A stretch of DNA of 45,031 bases, taken from contig JAVECL010000138.1 of NCBI GenBank assembly GCA_051942245.1, forward strand, positions 1-45,031. The letters are read 5' to 3'. The position numbers and the translations under genes were made by a program. The notes beneath the pieces were generated by a model. The model searched no databases, was not told the origin of the DNA, and saw nothing but the letters and a program-made list of their open reading frames with translations. Shown here piece after piece: positions 21,957 through 32,556 of the stretch. Every line of letters starts with the position of its first letter. Position 1 is the first letter of the stretch. This stretch comes from Trypethelium eluteriae. Its lineage: Eukaryota.

Positions 21957-22610
21957 TTACATTCCAATTGTCTCCCCCTCTAGATCTTGGCACCACAGCC
22001 CATCAACTTGTGTCCCTTTTCCCAAAATTACATAGGATCCTATGGTACTGATATAATGATCCGTGGCGTCAAGAAGCATATTTGTCTTAGCCTCTTCGGC
22101 ATCAGCAAAACGTCTAACTCTGTAGAGCGGGCAGTAAGCCTGGCAGACATCCTCAGACGGAACACCATCCATAAGTGTGGCTTCTTGAACAAGGCAGAAC
22201 CCAAGAATGATATCGTAAGAGTTGCAACGGAAAGCATGACCGATATCCAGAATGATAGTTTTGTCCACTTTGGAAATGGATCCTGATGCAGCCTTGGTCC
22301 CATCTAGAAAATGCCAATACTCTCCAGTATACTCGAGAAGCTTGGGAATCCGAGCCAAGATGCCCTTACTTGACTTGTTTGGCTGTTGGCGCGTTATGAG
22401 TGCCACGCGCTTCCGCTTTCCAGGCAACGCAACCTTTTTCCCGGCCTCCTGATTGAAGAGATCAGTGGTGTTGTCTATGAGCGGAGGCCCCATTGAACCA
22501 GTGGAAGAAGCATCTACATTGGTCGTCGACGCCATGGTCACGGGTTCGATCGTCCTGGCACTAAACAAACAGTTTGGATGATAGTGGGCGTCCCAGTTTT
22601 CAGGTGTCAA
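21957..22610 (-). CDS. Hypothetical protein; start uncertain, possibly with upstream exons
   Basis: 217-codon ORF with protein-like composition and an NLS-like PGKRKRV. No family recognised. Confidence 0.45.
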   Translation of the reverse strand: MTPENWDAHYHPNCLFSARTIEPVTMASTTNVDASSTGSMGPPLIDNTTDLFNQEAGKKVALPGKRKRVALITRQQPNKSSKGILARIPKLLEYTGEYWHFLDGTKAASGSISKVDKTIILDIGHAFRCNSYDIILGFCLVQEATLMDGVPSEDVCQAYCPLYRVRRFADAEEAKTNMLLDATDHYISTIGSYVILGKGTQVDGLWCQDLEGETIGM

Positions 22611-23336
22611 TCTGATACTTTCCGTGTATAAGCCCAGGAGATTTCTTTCCGTCCCACGCAGCCGCTCTATCGAAGCAAGTGTGCTCTACGTCACGTTAGT
22701 CTCTATCTCTCTTTTCACTCGAGCGCGCGCTGACCTCGAAAGTATTTCCTGGGCTGTACGGGAGCTCAAATGTCTCGTCGTTCCAAGCGCCATGCCAACG
22801 AATGTGGGTGACTATGTGGTTCTGGAATCGCGTCATTGAGTGTTTTCTCTCAGATCCTTTCAGAAAGTTCAGGGTCAAATTGTTTTCCATGAGGTAATGG
22901 TTAGTTTCCAGTGGTGCGCTGAAAAGCATAGACTCGGCTATGCATTTTTATATATGGGCGAAGAGATGGACCATCTCTACTCTATATTTCTCCTGCAGCT
23001 AATTTAGGTGCTCCGATTCTTAGTCTGTTATGGCTGGCTGAGGGGTTTCGACTTTGGTCTCCTGCGGCTGCAGGAAGGTTCAGCTCCCGGGTCGAGCATG
23101 GAGTTCCGATAGTGTCCCGTGGCTGCAGCAAAGAGAGTCTAGGTATCTGACAGGGGGGTTGGAACCAACTGTGTACTCAAATTATCGAGGCTAACTCCAT
23201 GAAAAAAGCGCGAGTACCGTACCGGGCTACGGCGGGCCGCGTACAGTACTCCACGGTAAAGTAGAGTACCCAGTTTCGGAAGTACGGGCCGCATCTCCGA
23301 GTGTGTGGGTGGTCTTACTCCTAACATCCTAACACT

Positions 23337-24207
23337 TCACGCAGTGAATATGGCTGTGGAGGAGCGTTCTGATCCATGACCTTTCTGCAAGCTCAGTAGG
23401 CTTTCGCTCAATTCGTCTTCGGTTAGGAGTTCCTTAAAAAAAATTCTTGGCAAAGTCCTGGAAATGGGCCACAGAGGATCACACTGTAGAGCACCTTCTC
23501 TTGCTTGAAGCCCAGCAGATAGCTCAACGGGAAATACGTCAGAAAGGAGTTTATTGTCAAAATCAAGTGGAATTTTGAGATCCCTCTTACTACCCTCTTT
23601 CAGATACTCTGCTGATGCATTTGCTTTAGACGTCCACCAGGTACTAGAACCTCCAAAGTGCAGCACACTCCCCTGGTAAAGAATTACCGTACCACCCATC
23701 ACACCAAAGTTCTTCCAATCATAGCCAATCCTGCCGCGGTCATGTTACTTTTCTCCACCAAGCAACCGCTGTCAACCGTGTGTTATGAATGCCATGCGAG
23801 AAAGAGATTGCTTCCAGGCCCAGGAGTCGCTCACATCTACGGATAACCGGTGCAGAGAAGGAGAGGATCCGACTTGTACATTCGGGACCATCAACAATTT
23901 GGTCAATATGTTGACAGATAGGAACAATGGTGTTCCTTAGCCGCGATTGTAAGCCTAAATCAACAATAATCTGTCTTGAAGCCGAGTCAACCGGACTCGC
24001 TTTGTAGAATTCGCAAATTCTGGAATAAGCTTCTGTTAATGTCTTCAAGGTGGACTGTATCTCTTCCAAGTGGTCATAGATGGACAGGATTGGAAGATCC
24101 TCAAGCTGATCACATCGTTTATGAGTCGATGACAAGGTTTCCGCTAAGATTGATTCAAGTCGTTCGACCGGTATCTGAATGCAAATGCCGCCACCGGCAG
24201 AAGACAT
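23337..24207 (-). CDS. Hypothetical protein or gene fragment (two adjacent ORFs)
   Basis: ORFs 23740..24207 and 23337..23702 lie on the same strand with helical composition. The splice between them was not resolved. Confidence 0.35.
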
Positions 24208-25533
24208 GTTCGATAGAAATGTGGAACCAGGTGTGGTAAGGACGGGATTGGAAGGAGATAGTTAAGACTATGTGATGCACTATTATCACGCAACCCCTCT
24301 GGATTTTAACACTTCTTGATGCGAAAAGGCATCTACCAATCTGGCAAGAGGGGCCGCGTACTGCATCCTTTGCTGAGGGGGGGCAAGGATAGACCCACCC
24401 CATGCAGAGGCCGTATGCCGACACTACATCCAGGACACGAGACATAGGGGCGAAGTCTTCCAAAGCGTAGCTCGTTACATCACCTTGCAGGTCCAACACC
24501 TTGTTCAAGTTTCCGCTCAAGGGTATAATGATCGTAATAGAAACAATACGCCACGAAATGCAAGGTGCTTTCGCGGCCCGGCATGACCCCATTTTGACCG
24601 AGAAGGTGATCAGTATAGATTGCAGTATGTGTCGAAACAGTCAGGCTGCAGCCTGTGGCAACATATGGTTCAGAGATATACATCGAGCACCCTTCTTCCA
24701 ACTAGGAAGAAAACTGATACAATATTTACTAATTCATGGAAAGGTCCAATCCATCAGCAGACCACAAACCCAATCAAGCTAAAGCCCCGAGAATCTCGTT
24801 AAATCATCAATGGGATTGATCAGCTGATACGTGTCATCCTCTGAAGCCACGCAGCTTTTCAGGACAACCGCCAGACAAGAAACGCACTCCTTTACCGGCG
24901 AGTGCATAAATTTGAGTAATAAGTTTACCAGGGGATGACCAGATGCTTGCTTTTCTGCGAGGATCTCCGTGGTGCGACCAGAAGTGGGACTATTCCAACT
25001 TGGGCTGTTGGGCTCAGAGGTGACAACAATGTCAGTGATGATCTTCTACGCCTGCTTATCAGTCATGTCTCATTGGACGAGATCTACCACTCACGATGTC
25101 TCTTCTCATTTCTCCACTTTGCATGATAATCCCAAGTCTTCGATTTCTGGGTTGCGTCTTGTGACTTGTGTCGGAGGCAAAGAACGTAGATTAAGAGGGC
25201 TCTCACGAGAGATACACTCAGTTTAGAGACTGAGTACACGACGTTGGATTGTTATAGACCATATGAGGTATTCCAAGTAGTTCTGAGCTGATAGAGTGAT
25301 GCAGCTTCGCAAGAGTGCCTCCTTTAATACGCTTGAACTCAGCTAGCCGTCCGGAGATCTCCACATAACGGGACTGCGGAGATTGAAGTTTTGGACATGA
25401 CCCTGAGCTGGAGCCAAAGCTTCCTGTGGCGCTCTTCACTCGCTTCTGCGTCCAGGCTATTTGATAGTGCATGTGGTCCACACATTGTGGACCCAACCCC
25501 TTGTCCCGTGCCACATAGATCATGCAAAGATGG

Positions 25534-25586
25534 ACGCTAGACCGAAACAAAAACTAGGAATTCCTAGTTTTTGTTTCGTCTAGCGT
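25534..25586. repeat. Near-perfect 53-bp loopless palindrome centred on GAATTC
   Basis: acgctagaccgaaacaaaaactaggaa|ttcctagtttttgtttcgtctagcgt: the arms are fully complementary except for one unpaired C. Confidence 0.95.
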
Positions 25587-25596
25587 AAGAAAACTG

Positions 25597-26904
25597 TTGC
25601 CTAATCTCTCACACGTGCTGGAAACTGAGATCGGGATGATTGACAGAGAATTTCATATTATTACCCCTCAAGACGTCCTCAACTCCAAATCCAGTGACGC
25701 AGATGAGCTGGTTAATCGCAGGCTCCGCAGTGGCACGGATAAAGAGAAAGCCGTCTTCATCATCGAGCTTCTGCAATGCAAAGCTAAGGAAACTGTGAAT
25801 CTATTCGACACTCTTTGGGGCTTTTTCATCAAGAACAAACTTCACACCGCCTGCGGTCTCACCGTGGCAGAGGCAGAAGCAAAAGTCGACCGGGCTGAGT
25901 TCGAACGACTCAAAAAGGCATCTGATGTCCGGCGTCACCAGTTCCAGTTGAAAGAACAAATAAGAGAGCAATGGCGGATTCCTCAGGAAGAGATGATATG
26001 TGGCACATATTGCAGCGATGACAAACTTGGCAAAAATTCTCTGGAGCTTATTTGGTCATTTGTAAAGACAGACAAAGATTCAAGAGGAGCATTTCTTGCG
26101 CAGTTCAGTCGTCAGGCAGAAGCAAAGTCATCGAAAAGGACGGAGAAGAAGACCTTTGGCGCACCATTCATCCGAGAAGTCTGCAATAAAGCTGTAGGTC
26201 TTCGACGAAATGAGGCTCATCACACTCGAACGAATCAGACGGAATATCCGCCATTGGATCACCTGCTAGAGACACAGGATCGTGTTTTGCGACGACGCAA
26301 CTCGAATCTGAATTACAATCTCAATACCTCAACTCAGAGTAAAGAGACACAACCGAGACCGGGAAAGAAACGACGCATGACATCCAAGGATTCTTGCTGT
26401 ACCCTTTCAATTCCACAAGATTCTGAGCTTACTCCTTATTTTGAAGGCGTTTGCGCAAAATGCCGCTCTCGACTCAGCCATTATTTCGGAAACCACTCCA
26501 TTACTGATCGATCCTCCACGAATCAAAGCATGCTGGGAGCTGAGTACGAAAAGCTACCGCTGCACCGTGTGGAAAGGTCTTCTGCATTATCAGCTGTTCT
26601 GAGCTTCATCTCCGACCAAATGAGTTTACTCGGGATTCATCTACATTCACTTGGAACGAAACTGGCGGATTCTGGTGTGAATAAGGAGGAGCTCCAAGCA
26701 ATCTATATGATTGTGAGGACAACGCAGGACAAAGTCCGACAACAAGCTCAAAAATCCCAAGCTGCAGAAGATAACTCGCACTACGGGTCATCCTATCCGG
26801 CCGCGTCAGACGATGTGGATCAAGGGATGGCCTCAGTGGCGTCCATATTTCCAGAGACTCGTTGTGAAGTGTTGGAGCAAAGTATGATGCTATGTTTTTC
26901 CTGA
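25597..26904 (+). CDS. Large hypothetical protein; probable further exons to about 28003
   Basis: 435-codon ORF (first ATG 25636) with NLS-like GKKRR and Cys pairs. Downstream plus-strand ORFs 26920..27369, 27379..27600 and 27758..28003 are separated by intron-like gaps. Confidence 0.55.
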   Translation: MPNLSHVLETEIGMIDREFHIITPQDVLNSKSSDADELVNRRLRSGTDKEKAVFIIELLQCKAKETVNLFDTLWGFFIKNKLHTACGLTVAEAEAKVDRAEFERLKKASDVRRHQFQLKEQIREQWRIPQEEMICGTYCSDDKLGKNSLELIWSFVKTDKDSRGAFLAQFSRQAEAKSSKRTEKKTFGAPFIREVCNKAVGLRRNEAHHTRTNQTEYPPLDHLLETQDRVLRRRNSNLNYNLNTSTQSKETQPRPGKKRRMTSKDSCCTLSIPQDSELTPYFEGVCAKCRSRLSHYFGNHSITDRSSTNQSMLGAEYEKLPLHRVERSSALSAVLSFISDQMSLLGIHLHSLGTKLADSGVNKEELQAIYMIVRTTQDKVRQQAQKSQAAEDNSHYGSSYPAASDDVDQGMASVASIFPETRCEVLEQSMMLCFS

Positions 26905-28271
26905 AGTTTTGGCACATCATTGACCGTTTCAGTAGGAGCTGACTTAGCGAATCCTATCGAGTCTATCGTCAATAATCCAAACCCATTTCCTGAGTCCCGA
27001 CTTCTGGCTTCACCAGGCGCAGGAAATACCATGCTTCACCGATCCTCAAATGATAATCATAGACAAGAAGGATGCGACATCTTAGGTCCAGAAAATTGGA
27101 TAAATACTGGAGAAAGTAGCATGCGTCAGCTTCAGCAAAACTCGTCACTCCCATATTCGATTAACACAGATAATCGCCCCTCTGCCGGAGCTGGTCAGGA
27201 AATACCGCAGTACCAACGTGTCAGCCATGGCAGAGAAGAGGTTATCTTACAGCTTGGTGCCCAACAGCCAGTCGATCAGTATGTCCAGCGCGTTTCGAAC
27301 GGATTTCAACAACCTTCCAAGGTCGCGACGTCAAATCCTCCACTTACCATGGCGTGTAGTGAGTTTTGATCCTTTGATTTGATTAAAGTAAATAACCACT
27401 CTCTAGGGTCTTGGCCAGCAACAAATATGGATTTCTCAACACATTGTTTAGTGTCTCCTCCTCCTAGTCAAATACCAAGTGGTTCCTTGCAACTTCTCAT
27501 GGAGACGTTCCCGCCAGGTCCGAGATTGGACTGGAGAAACATGTGTAGGATACAGGTGCCACCTTTTGAAGGCAATTCACTAATGTTGGGTAGGGGTTGA
27601 GAGTACTAATACGGCGATCGTCTCTGAAGTAGTACAATTTGCCGACCCAAATCAGCCGATATACCTACTCAAACGCAAACCGTATCCTTTTATCCGAATC
27701 TTAGTCCCTGAACGTCAACTCCCAGCTCTACTAAAAGCTACACCTACGGTTTACAATGTGGACAGTCTTAAAAACACCGAGTGCCCTTCCGGTTTATGGA
27801 TTCTAGACAAAGGCAGACTTGATCTCGTACTACGAGACTTCAAGGGTCAGGAACCGTTCGGCAACTTACTATTCAACCTACATTACCATGAAGGTGGAAG
27901 CCAATGTGTTGCATTCACAATCACGTTACGTGATGACAGACTTCAGGACCGAATTCTCTCTATTAGTGAATATGAGGGTGACTTACATCCAACCCCGGTT
28001 TAGTTTACGTCATGACGCGCGAATAGATTCCTCTCCACTCCGCTGGCTTCGGAGAAAGTCAGATGACTTTGATACCATCCGCGGATATATTGAAAGACCC
28101 CTCCGCGTTCCATTCTAAGATGCGGGCAAGATCGCATTGTCAAGAAAGCTTCACAAGACTTATGACGGGTCGCGGCTTGTGATACCAGCTCGTTATGGAG
28201 AAGCTGACTAGAGTGTCCTCCGCGTTCGTGATAATTATGCGCATTGAGTCTGACCCGGTGTATCTGCTAAT

Positions 28272-28877
28272 TTGTGTTACAGCTTCAACCAATTACCGCT
28301 CCACGGCATCGACTTAAACCAACAAGCACGCGACGCCGCAGCATCCATAATAATAAAATATGGTCTACAAGACGCTTTTGCTATAGCCGCTCTACATCGA
28401 CATCGCTTACTTCCTGAGGGACATATCATGGTCAGTTCTTGGGGTCCGCATTACGACCGGTACTGGACAAGGTCGTCCAAGCTTACAGCGTTTAACGAAC
28501 ATGACTTTGATCCAACAAAGTTTGCCCTTGATGGTGATGACTGGCTCCCGATCGATTATCAATGCAAAAGCTCTGTTGGTCTGAAGGAGGCACCATCGCA
28601 GTTCTGGCGCGAACTGCAAGAGTGCGTTAAATCCTGGTGCACTGAAAAGGCTTTGGGAATCCAGAGGATCCATGATGGTCATTACGTTGAATATCAAGAG
28701 GAGGATGGCGAGATGTCTATCAAAGCGAATCATGTGGAGATTGACAAGGAGTACCTTATGCCAACTGCCTGGGCTGTGCAGCCACTTAAGGATGGAAGCA
28801 TCACATACACGGAGATTATGCACTGTCCACGACGAGACCCCAATGATCCCAAATCACACATCGGACCAGTTCCTTAA
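28272..28877 (+). CDS. Hypothetical protein with LHRH motif (last exon)
   Basis: The ORF follows a gctaat...ttacag acceptor. YGLQDAFAIAALHRHRLLPEGHIMV and PTAW resemble a fungal uncharacterised family. Confidence 0.6.
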   Translation: MCYSFNQLPLHGIDLNQQARDAAASIIIKYGLQDAFAIAALHRHRLLPEGHIMVSSWGPHYDRYWTRSSKLTAFNEHDFDPTKFALDGDDWLPIDYQCKSSVGLKEAPSQFWRELQECVKSWCTEKALGIQRIHDGHYVEYQEEDGEMSIKANHVEIDKEYLMPTAWAVQPLKDGSITYTEIMHCPRRDPNDPKSHIGPVP

Positions 28878-29710
28878 TTACCGGCTTCTTTTGTTGTCCA
28901 TTATGGGCCCCCTATGAGACACTCTTGCGATAAGATTGCGAGCTTTCGTTATTGGTTCAACACCACTATGTTTTGATGCTTCCAATTGTACGGTTCAAAT
29001 TTTCATATATAGCTAAAGCAATACTTAACTCTTTTCTATTTGTTTAAGTGCCGCGATACAAGTTGAGAGTACCCAAATATCCAATGCTCAAGTGATGTGA
29101 TATAATGATAAAGTTTCCTCCCTGTGCATCATCACTTTCATGATGGACGGGATCTACTTGAAGCTGTCCCATTTGGCTTCGGCCCATGAGCATCCTGAAT
29201 TACTTATCTTGGAGTCCAAATATGACCTGAAGGCGCAGACCAATAAGCACTACTGACTGTGATCCAAAGACCAGCAGTATCTTGCCTAATAAGAATTCTA
29301 TTGAATGTACTAAGATTTAGTACATGCAGATCACAATCAATGCTGGGTATCAGCAAGGATAGCATACTTACTATCTGCTATCCCTGAACGCTATTAAAAT
29401 GTGGCGAATTTCCTATCGATGACATACTATCTCAAATCAGATATTGTATTCCCTGGTTCAGTATGTGCGAGTGGAATATGCTCCAATTCGACTGCAAACA
29501 TGATCAACCAATTATACGGAGTTTCTGTGAGCACTACCACACAACGCTTGAACCATGCAAAACTGTCATCAAGGAAATGTACACAAAACCTCATGAATGC
29601 TGTAGGGGTTCTCCATAACACTTTACTTCTTCACGCTGCTAGTCTAACAAAAACCTAGCTACATGCACAAGCAAAAGTCAATCTGTACTCCGTAAATCTA
29701 TGTCCCTTTC

Positions 29711-30328
29711 TCAAAGAATTACGCATTTCGCCATAGGCTTGCGGGAGCTTTGATTTTCTTCCAACTCATACTGTTGATGGAGAATGAGAAGGGCGCTGAC
29801 AAATACAAAGTCGACATCTTCATACTTCGCCGAAATTTCCATAAACCTGCAATTGAGTTCTTGAGCCAGGCTTTCGCCACAACGGGTGGAAATCTTCCGT
29901 TCCGCACTTTGATCACTCTTGGTACCTACCAGTACAACCGGCGATAGTGTGTCAGTCTTTAGACGTCGGACTTCTTCGTGGAGATTTCGAATCTTAGCAA
30001 ACGAGGATTCCGATGTGATGCTGTAAATAAGGATGAAACACTCGCTTTCTTTTATGCATTCTTCTCGAATCTGCAAGTGCTCTTCTGCTCCAGGTGTGTC
30101 GAGGACATCCAATAGAAAGTCGTAATGACTAGATTGGATATTCTTGCGATATGAATCCTTAATCGTCGGTTCATAATCGTCTGAAAACTTATTAATGCAG
30201 GACTGTAATTTAATTAGCCGGATCAAGATAGTTTAAGCTTTGATACTTCCCTTGAGCACAAGAGCTGTTTTTCCCACACCACTGTCGCCCAACACTGCAA
30301 TTTTGTGGAAGTATATTTTTGGAGTCAT
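29711..30328 (-). CDS. Ras-family small GTPase (Ras2-like, divergent), 2 exons, atypical donor site
   Basis: Exon 1 MTPKIYFHKIAVLGDSGVGKTALVLK. Exon 2 YEPTIKDSYRK, LDVLDTPGAEE, LIYSITSESSF, VVLVGTKSD, FMEISAK and C-terminal CAAX CVIL. Intron 30250..30203. Confidence 0.88.
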
Positions 30329-30741
30329 ATAATAAGACATGAGATGCTTTCTTTCTTGGACATAGAAAGGAAAGGTATCAAAAGAAATGTCTGTATAAGC
30401 TGGAATGCTTTTATGGTTATACCAAAGTACTGGATGTGACAGTGGTAGAAATTTTAAGTAGACTGAAAGGGGATATACGCAACTGCATTAAATCTTCGGA
30501 AGTACAAAAGCCTAGTGGGCGACATCCCTCCGTCGCTTCTTGACGTCCATCAAAGGCCGATTGTGTAGACCGTGCTGGATCTTTGAGCCGCGTCATCCGC
30601 CTCTAAGAGTTCAATATTCAAGGGTACAAAGCAGCTGATGTGATGTCCGCCGCCGCTTCGCATCATCTCGTGCCACTTGCGCCGTCTTCCTGCCATCTCC
30701 GGCCTGTGGATCAAAGGCCGCGCGATGGATGGAAGACGGCA

Positions 30742-31266
30742 CCTCGCAAGTCTTAGACACTTACATCCCTGTAAGCTCTCTGCGCTGCAGAAACCTTGCA
30801 GGGTTCACCTTCCTGAGTAGCATACCCTGCGTCGCCTATGAGCTCTCCGTGCTGTAGAGACCTTGCAGGGTTTACCTTCTTGATTAGCATAGCCTGCGAG
30901 CTCTCCGCGGTGCAGAGACCTTACAGGATCCACCTTCCTGAGCAGCATAGCGCGCTACAGAGACCTTGCAGGGTTCACGTTCCCAAGTAACATATATCTT
31001 GGGTCTCGCGCACTTGCATCCCTGTGAGCTCTCCGCGCTGCAGAAACCTTGCAAGGTTCTCCTCTGGATAGCATATATATCAGGTCTCGCACGCTTGCAT
31101 CCCTGTGAGCTCTCTGCGCTGCAGAGACCTCGCAAGGCTCAGCTCTTGACTAGCAAGTTATTCAAGTCTCGGACGCTTGCACCCCTGAAAGCTCTGCGCG
31201 TTGAGGAGATCTCACACGGTTCATCCTATCATCTCAGTCTGTTACATCCCTGTAAGCTCTCTGCAC
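30742..31266. repeat. Degenerate tandem array, about 8 copies of a 53-82-bp unit
   Basis: The core gagctctccgcgctgcagagaccttgcagggttcaccttcctgagtagcata recurs at about 30775, 30840, 30898, 30951, 31027, 31107, 31189 and 31254. Confidence 0.9.
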
Positions 31267-31292
31267 GACTCTCTCCTTCACCTGTATGCGAC

Positions 31293-32339
31293 ATGGCCGC
31301 AACAAAGAGAAGGCAGAGAGTGCAACCAAAGGGTGATGAGCTTGAGCTTGCTGTTTTGAGAATTTTGAAAGCTTCGCCGATTCAGAAGGCTGAGCACCGA
31401 AGGGCCTTGACTTTCCTTCGTTTCCGGATTCAGAGGGAAGAAGCGGAACTAGCCCCTTACCCTATCCTCACAAGTTCGAGCCAAATCAGTGCGATTGAAA
31501 ATGAGAACACAGTACAACTGGCTCAAAGTACCGGTCGAATGGATAGGCAACCGGAAATTCTAATATCTGGCGAGATGATCGAACAGCCGCAAGCCGGAGA
31601 ATATGAGCCTATTATCAACCTCTGTCTCAAGCTCGCTAAACAGGAGACCGAAATCGTGAAATTCTTTCAAGATGGAGGTCACTTGTTATGCCTCGAACCA
31701 GTGGCAACGAATGAGGACAGAAGACTGCAGCATGTCATGGAACACGATGGGGGCGGTCTGACTGAACAACATACACAATTTCGAAGACTTTTGGCACTTC
31801 TTAGTCTGGCGGCTGACTATGAAATTTGGGAGGTTGCACTACTGGATAAAAGACCTTTGACCGAAACCACCGTCACTACTTTTATCAGGGAACATCCAGA
31901 ATCATTTCCAGACCAAGATGCAGCAAGGCGAGCGATTTACACAGGAAATCGATACAGGGACCTAGACCGAGAGTTCCCTGGGATATCAGCGATCATGGCA
32001 TTTGTCCCCCGGGAGTTTTCTCGGGCATGTCCATTGGAATGGCTCAACAAGCAGCTTCATTTGGAAGAACTCAAATTCATCCCGGAACTGGGCAAACGAT
32101 TCCTTCCCCACCTTGACGAAGCTCAGCAAGCGTACAAACAGAGGCTAGGGATGGACGTGACAGAAAGGCAAGCGAATGTCGTGGGAGCATCCTTGTACGC
32201 AATGGCCAGGGGTGGGACGGTCAATGGAGCCCAGACTGAGAGTCCTGCGGCACAGATCGCAGCGCATCAGGGGCTCGTGACATATTCATCTCGTAAGCGT
32301 GTGGTGGCTACTGCGCTAATTCAATCAGCTAAAGCTTGA
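31293..32339 (+). CDS. Hypothetical protein
   Basis: First ATG after the repeat array (MAATKRRQRV). Globular segment FRRLLALLSLAADYEIWE...FPDQDAARRAIYTGNRY...FPGISAI. Probable in-frame intron GTAAGC near the 3' end. Confidence 0.65.
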   Translation: MAATKRRQRVQPKGDELELAVLRILKASPIQKAEHRRALTFLRFRIQREEAELAPYPILTSSSQISAIENENTVQLAQSTGRMDRQPEILISGEMIEQPQAGEYEPIINLCLKLAKQETEIVKFFQDGGHLLCLEPVATNEDRRLQHVMEHDGGGLTEQHTQFRRLLALLSLAADYEIWEVALLDKRPLTETTVTTFIREHPESFPDQDAARRAIYTGNRYRDLDREFPGISAIMAFVPREFSRACPLEWLNKQLHLEELKFIPELGKRFLPHLDEAQQAYKQRLGMDVTERQANVVGASLYAMARGGTVNGAQTESPAAQIAAHQGLVTYSSRKRVVATALIQSAKA

Positions 32340-32556
32340 TATAGGACATGATCATCTAGAGGAGGGCCAATTTTCCAACTCTACTCAGGGGTTGGGTCTG
32401 ATGGCTGGGGCGCAACGTGGTAAGTGCTTGGTTTCTGGTTCTTGAAACATGGCTGACCTCGTGTAGAAAACGCTGGCGGGATGTCCCAATTGGGCAGATG
32501 GATCAGTGATGGAGGTAACGAAATGTGGAATCAGCCGCATGCGGCTATCCTGAGCA

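Noticed and set aside
28900..29700. Short ORFs at 29401-29658
   Set aside because: Short, non-ATG starts, no motifs, and located in AT-rich intergenic sequence.
29711..30328. Rab-family assignment based on GDSGVGKT
   Set aside because: The effector loop PTIxDSY, the LDVLDT and YSITS motifs and a single CAAX are Ras-type. The Rab WDTAGQE motif and di-Cys tail are absent.
30742..31266. CRISPR array
   Set aside because: Eukaryotic context, degenerate repeats, inter-core segments related to each other rather than unique spacers, and no cas genes.
30966..31292. N-terminal 109 aa of the 457-aa ORF
   Set aside because: It has a non-ATG start and is derived from the repeat array. ATG 31293 is the more likely start.
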